A stretch of DNA of 64,000 bases from Candidatus Coprovivens sp. (GTDB taxonomy: Bacteria; Bacillota_I; Bacilli_A; RF39; UBA660). Numbering within the stretch: the first letter of the stretch is position 1; every line of letters starts with the position of its first letter. The notes beneath the pieces are model-generated. The model did no database searches. It was not told where the DNA came from and saw only the letters and a program-made list of their open reading frames with translations. The stretch spans positions 32,001 through 96,000 of the forward strand of contig JBJFGS010000038.1 of NCBI GenBank assembly GCA_051892935.1, in the 5' to 3' direction. The position numbers and the translations under genes were made by a program. Positions 57,398 through 64,000 of the stretch are shown in pieces.

Positions 57398-58126
57398 TTA
57401 TCCTAAAGTAACATCAAGAATCATCATCAATAAAAAACCTATTAAAAACCCCAATATATTTTTTTTATCCTCAGAATTAGATTCCGGAATCAATTCAATA
57501 ACAACTACATAAAACATAGCTCCCGCCGCTAATGCTAATAAATAAGGTAAAATAATACTAACAATATTAGTAAATATTAAAGTTACAATTGCTCCCACCA
57601 ACTCAAATAAAGCAGAAACGAAACCATATAAAAAGGCCTTGTTCTTACTATATCCCCTTTTATATAACGGAAAAGATACAATCGTTCCTTCTGGAAAATT
57701 TTGTATAGCAATACCGATTGATAAAGCATAAGCTCCAGCTAAAGAAAGACCACCAGCAATATAAGATGCAAAAGCAATTCCAACTGCCATTCCCTCAGGT
57801 ATATTATGCAAAGTAATTGCTAACATTAAATTATTGATTTTATCATCTTTTTTAATATCTCTTCTCTTTAATAAAATATCTATAAAATAAAATAGAAAAA
57901 TACCTAAAGTCATCCCAACCACAACTGGTATCCAGCATATTCCATTAGCCATTTCTAAAGAAGGAATAATTAAAGACCATACGGAAGCAGCTACCATAAC
58001 TCCAGCCGCAAATCCTAAAATTATATTCTCAAGTTTCTTATTTAAACTATTTTTTAAAAAATATACCATTACAGAACCTAACAAAGTTCCAATAAATGGT
58101 ATCAAAATACCAATTACTATTTTCAT
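57398..58126 (-). CDS. ZIP family metal transporter (ZupT/GufA-like)
   Basis: GFAAGVMVAAS, HNIPEGMAVG, QNFPEG, AAGAM...ELIPE. Confidence 0.93.
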   Translation of the reverse strand: MKIVIGILIPFIGTLLGSVMVYFLKNSLNKKLENIILGFAAGVMVAASVWSLIIPSLEMANGICWIPVVVGMTLGIFLFYFIDILLKRRDIKKDDKINNLMLAITLHNIPEGMAVGIAFASYIAGGLSLAGAYALSIGIAIQNFPEGTIVSFPLYKRGYSKNKAFLYGFVSALFELVGAIVTLIFTNIVSIILPYLLALAAGAMFYVVVIELIPESNSEDKKNILGFLIGFLLMMILDVTLG

Positions 58127-58184
58127 AAAAATCTCCTATCAATAATAGTCTATTCTTATTATAGTAAATGGAAACAATTAACTT

Positions 58185-60598
<2,414 letters not shown>

Positions 60599-60599
60599 T

Positions 60600-60986
60600 C
60601 TATATTTCTCTCCTATCCTTAGAATCACACAATCGACAATGATTATGAATAACAACATTTATAGAATAGTTATCTTTTAACTCACTAACTATAAAGTCAA
60701 AATCAGTCGATAATAAAGCTAATTGACATCCATACATCAAAGTAAAATCCTTTGTATTCCTTTCTTCACTTAATTCAACTATAGCATCAACTATCTGCTT
60801 AAGATATCGTCCTGTAGAAAAATCAGAAGAAGAAGGACATAAAAAAGCTAACCTTCCCTCTTTCATTAACTGAACCATTTGCGTACCTCTATGCCTTATA
60901 CAATTCAAAGCACCAACAAACAACAACTGTGAATTTGGTGATGATATTAATAAATCCCTAATATCAAATTTATTTTTTCTATTCAT
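60600..60986 (-). CDS. Stand-alone N-terminal domain of a nitrogenase component-1-like subunit
   Basis: FVGALNCIRH, SSDFSTG...IVDAI, MYGC...LSTDF, HCRLC; spacing like the Fe-S-binding first domain. Confidence 0.65.
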   Translation of the reverse strand: MNRKNKFDIRDLLISSPNSQLLFVGALNCIRHRGTQMVQLMKEGRLAFLCPSSSDFSTGRYLKQIVDAIVELSEERNTKDFTLMYGCQLALLSTDFDFIVSELKDNYSINVVIHNHCRLCDSKDRREI

Positions 60987-61002
60987 TATTATTCCCCTTT
61001 AC

Positions 61003-61053
61003 AAATATCTAACATTTGTTAGATATTTTAAAATAAAAAAAACAATTTGTCAA
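61003..61053 (-). promoter_or_regulatory. Promoter and palindromic operator of the nif-like operon
   Basis: TTGACA (61053-61048), 17 bp, TAAAAT (61030-61025); perfect 12-bp inverted repeat AAATATCTAACA-tt-TGTTAGATATTT at 61003-61028. Confidence 0.8.
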
Positions 61054-61081
61054 TAAAAAAAATATCATAAAAATGATATTT

Positions 61082-61666
61082 CTATTCATCAATTATATTA
61101 TTATCATCATCAAAAGAAATATTAATAACTTTACGACTAGCTAAAAAATCACACATATGAACAAACTTCTGTTCAGGAGTTTTAGGTAAAGGTAAAATAA
61201 CATCGCTATACTCAGATGTATTAAACCTTCCCATATGACTAGCTATTGCAGAACATAAAAAATCCAAATCATCATCAGTTAATTTTAACTCATTTCTATA
61301 TTTTCTAATAAACTCTCCTGCTACTAAAGGATGATCAAACAACGTATACTTACTTTCTATTTCACCTTTTTTTACACTATCATGTAATACTAAAGCCATA
61401 ATAATCAAGTCTTTTACTCTTTGAGGAAACTTATATATACCAAATAATTCATAAGCCATTCTAACTGCAGCTTTAGTATGTCTAACTAAACCACCATCAC
61501 CTTGAGCATATTTAGGATGATATTTACCAGTAGATGCTGCAGGTATTGTAAAAAAATAATCTGGAATTTTCTCTATCATTATCCTCAAAGAATCCCTTAT
61601 ATCTTCATCTTTTATATATACTAGCTCATTTTCAAAAACTTCCACTTTATTAATCATTTTTACCAC
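61082..61666 (-). CDS. HD-domain phosphohydrolase
   Basis: PAASTGKYHP, GGLVRHT, LHD, SHMG, CDFLASR. Confidence 0.88.
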   Translation of the reverse strand: MVKMINKVEVFENELVYIKDEDIRDSLRIMIEKIPDYFFTIPAASTGKYHPKYAQGDGGLVRHTKAAVRMAYELFGIYKFPQRVKDLIIMALVLHDSVKKGEIESKYTLFDHPLVAGEFIRKYRNELKLTDDDLDFLCSAIASHMGRFNTSEYSDVILPLPKTPEQKFVHMCDFLASRKVINISFDDDNNIIDE

Positions 61667-61674
61667 CGAAATAA

Positions 61675-62307
61675 TTATACCATATTTTTACCATTTCCAG
61701 TTTGTCTTTTATAAGTCATAGACATCTCACTCGGTTCAAACCCCTGTTTCTTATAATCATTAATAACTTGTAATATTTGTTCTAACATATCCCTAGAAAG
61801 ACAATACTTTCCTATATCTTCAGGAGGAACTATAAAACCATCTGTATAATTATCATTATCAAAATATTTAAAATCACTCAAATTCTTAAGATAATATTCA
61901 GTAGCTAAACATTCTAACACTTCATTACCCAAAACAACTAAATATAATTTATTATATATATAATAACCAAATTCAGCAATTAGTACTAACAAAGTAATTA
62001 TAATTTTCATAATAATGTGAATATCAAGATTATAAAGAAAAAACAATCCTACTATTCCACCAATAAAAGCACTATACTTTTTTACAAAAGTAAAAAAACT
62101 ATCTTTTGATAAGTCATCCATATAAGGTCCAATATTATCACTCGCATTTTCAATCATTCGATTACGATAAAAACCTAAATTATGCAATGAAAAAGGTTCA
62201 GTAGTAATAGAACCATCCGCCCTAGTTACTCTAATTTCTTTATCATCATAATCAATATCAGTAATAAAATATTGTTTATCATTTTCTTCCATTGTTAAAT
62301 CTATCAT
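61675..62307 (-). CDS. 2-TM membrane protein, tandem paralog 3
   Basis: MIDLT...RADG...FSLHN; two hydrophobic helices. Confidence 0.7.
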   Translation of the reverse strand: MIDLTMEENDKQYFITDIDYDDKEIRVTRADGSITTEPFSLHNLGFYRNRMIENASDNIGPYMDDLSKDSFFTFVKKYSAFIGGIVGLFFLYNLDIHIIMKIIITLLVLIAEFGYYIYNKLYLVVLGNEVLECLATEYYLKNLSDFKYFDNDNYTDGFIVPPEDIGKYCLSRDMLEQILQVINDYKKQGFEPSEMSMTYKRQTGNGKNMV

Positions 62308-62318
62308 ACAAACTCTCC

Positions 62319-62948
62319 TTACATAGACATAACTTTTCTTAAAACATTTTCAGTTATTTCTCTTTCTGAATTCTTTACATCATCGGTCATATATTCAGAA
62401 AGAAAATTTAATTCTTCAATTCCATATAATTGTTCAATACCAGATAAACTAAATAAATACCAATCCTCCTCTTGTCCCGATTTAGGATCAGTAATACTAA
62501 TTCTAAATTTATCTTTCATTTCTAAAAATCTATCAGCAATACGTATAACTTCAACATTAGTACGACTATAATTAATAATCTTACTATATGCTACTTGATA
62601 CAAAAAAGTATATATAGACAATAAACAAACAATAATACCTTGAATAATTTCAGGTAAAGGTAAATTAACAGTTAAAAAAACTCCTAAAATTGCAATTAAT
62701 GCTTCTATTAATTTACTTGCTTGAACTTTCCCTTGAAGTTTCAAATTATTTTTAACATATTCTTCTCTAAATTGTAAATATTGCTCTTCCATTTTATATA
62801 AGCTTTGATTAAAATTATGGATTGAAAAATCTTCCTCTACAATTCGTCCACTCGCATATTTTACAACATACTTACTATCTCTGTCTTTTAAATATAAATT
62901 TGTAATAAATTCATCTCTGTCTTTTTCATTTAAAGTTAAATCTATCAT
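62319..62948 (-). CDS. 2-TM membrane protein, tandem paralog 2
   Basis: MIDLT...YASGR...FSIHNF; DPKSGQEEDWYL. Confidence 0.7.
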   Translation of the reverse strand: MIDLTLNEKDRDEFITNLYLKDRDSKYVVKYASGRIVEEDFSIHNFNQSLYKMEEQYLQFREEYVKNNLKLQGKVQASKLIEALIAILGVFLTVNLPLPEIIQGIIVCLLSIYTFLYQVAYSKIINYSRTNVEVIRIADRFLEMKDKFRISITDPKSGQEEDWYLFSLSGIEQLYGIEELNFLSEYMTDDVKNSEREITENVLRKVMSM

Positions 62949-63580
62949 TTAACAAAACCACCTTCAACACATTTATTTAATTTCAATGTTATTTCTTCTG
63001 ATTTTTGCAATTTCACTTCATCAGTTAAATCAACTAAATAATTATTTAATTCATCTTCATCTTTAAAATTATCAATACTAGCCATATCAACTAAATACCA
63101 TTCATCTAAATCACCAGTATGTGGATTTATAACATCTACCTTAAACTGATCTTTATTTTCTAAATACAATTTAATTAATGCAATTTTTCTCTTAGCATCA
63201 ACATATAGTTTTCTAGACTTTAAATGTGGAACTAATCTAGTAACTAACATATAAATCGCATATCCTAAACACCAACCTCTAGCAAAATTTAAACCCTCAT
63301 CCAAAATAAATTTTAAATAAGCAACATCAGCAACCAACATCATTGCAAGCAAACCACTTCTTATTCCTCCATTAGGATAAATTTTTTCCAGATAATCTTT
63401 ACCATATAATTCAAATTGTTCTTCCATTCTATAAAGTTCAACTTGAAAATTATGAATACTAAAAGGATATGTCTCATTTCTCCCACTAGCAAAGAAAACT
63501 GTATAAGTACCATTATCATTCATAACAACATCTACTATATAAGAATCCTTATCATCCTGTTTTAATGTTAAATCAAACAT
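62945..63580 (-). CDS. 2-TM membrane protein, tandem paralog 1
   Basis: MFDLT...FASGR...FSIHNF; NPHTGDLDEWYL. Confidence 0.7.
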   Translation of the reverse strand: MFDLTLKQDDKDSYIVDVVMNDNGTYTVFFASGRNETYPFSIHNFQVELYRMEEQFELYGKDYLEKIYPNGGIRSGLLAMMLVADVAYLKFILDEGLNFARGWCLGYAIYMLVTRLVPHLKSRKLYVDAKRKIALIKLYLENKDQFKVDVINPHTGDLDEWYLVDMASIDNFKDEDELNNYLVDLTDEVKLQKSEEITLKLNKCVEGGFVK

Positions 63581-63651
63581 TCAAAACACCCCTTTAAAAT
63601 AGTAAAAATTATTTTACATTCAAAAAATAAAAAAAGCAAGAAATTTCTTCC

Positions 63652-64000
63652 TTACTTATCAGCTTTTAAAACAGCTAAGAATGCTTCTTGTGGTACTTCT
63701 ACTTTACCAACCATTTTCATTCTCTTCTTACCTTCTTTTTGTTTTTCAAGTAATTTCTTTTTACGTGAAATATCTCCACCATAACATTTAGCTAAAACAT
63801 TTTTTCTTAATGCAGCAATATTTTCTCTTGCAATAACTTTACTGCCAATACTAGCTTGAAGTGGCACTTGAAACATTTGTCTAGGAATAATAGTACGTAA
63901 GTTTTCAACAATCTTCTTACCTCTTTCATAAGCAAAATCCTTATGAACAATAACACTTAAAGCATCAACAGTATCTCCATTAATTAAAATATCCATTTTA
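63652..64000 (-). CDS. lepA: Elongation factor 4 (C-terminal part; gene runs off the window)
   Basis: [39 protein letters not shown]...VEVPQEAF. Confidence 0.97.
   Translation of the reverse strand, partial: KMDILINGDTVDALSVIVHKDFAYERGKKIVENLRTIIPRQMFQVPLQASIGSKVIARENIAALRKNVLAKCYGGDISRKKKLLEKQKEGKKRMKMVGKVEVPQEAFLAVLKADK

Overview
A very AT-rich bacterial chromosomal segment using the standard code (TGA is a stop), with nearly all genes on the minus strand. Gene content and style suggest a reduced gut Bacilli lineage such as RF39 (inference). The backbone follows the Firmicute order lepA ... hemW - hrcA/grpE/dnaK/dnaJ - mtaB - recD2 - alaS (T-box) - dnaG/rpoD/trmK, interspersed with many accessory genes that carry their own promoters and terminators. 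I saw no rRNA, tRNA, CRISPR array, integrase or transposase. The standout is an unannotated ~490-nt ORF-free transcription unit at 45872-46362 (minus strand). It has a perfect TTGACA-17-TATAAT promoter, an intrinsic terminator, and several long G-U-containing helices that include long-range pairings, so it is a candidate large structured non-coding RNA. Other notable items: a MarR-linked minimal nitrogenase-like operon (truncated alpha-like subunit, beta-like subunit, intact NifH-like protein) with a 12-bp palindromic operator; a LysR / P-loop-GT2-NDK-like fusion / phosphotransferase cassette; three tandem paralogous membrane proteins coupled to an HD hydrolase; and a surface-protein gene flanked by exact 35-bp direct repeats.
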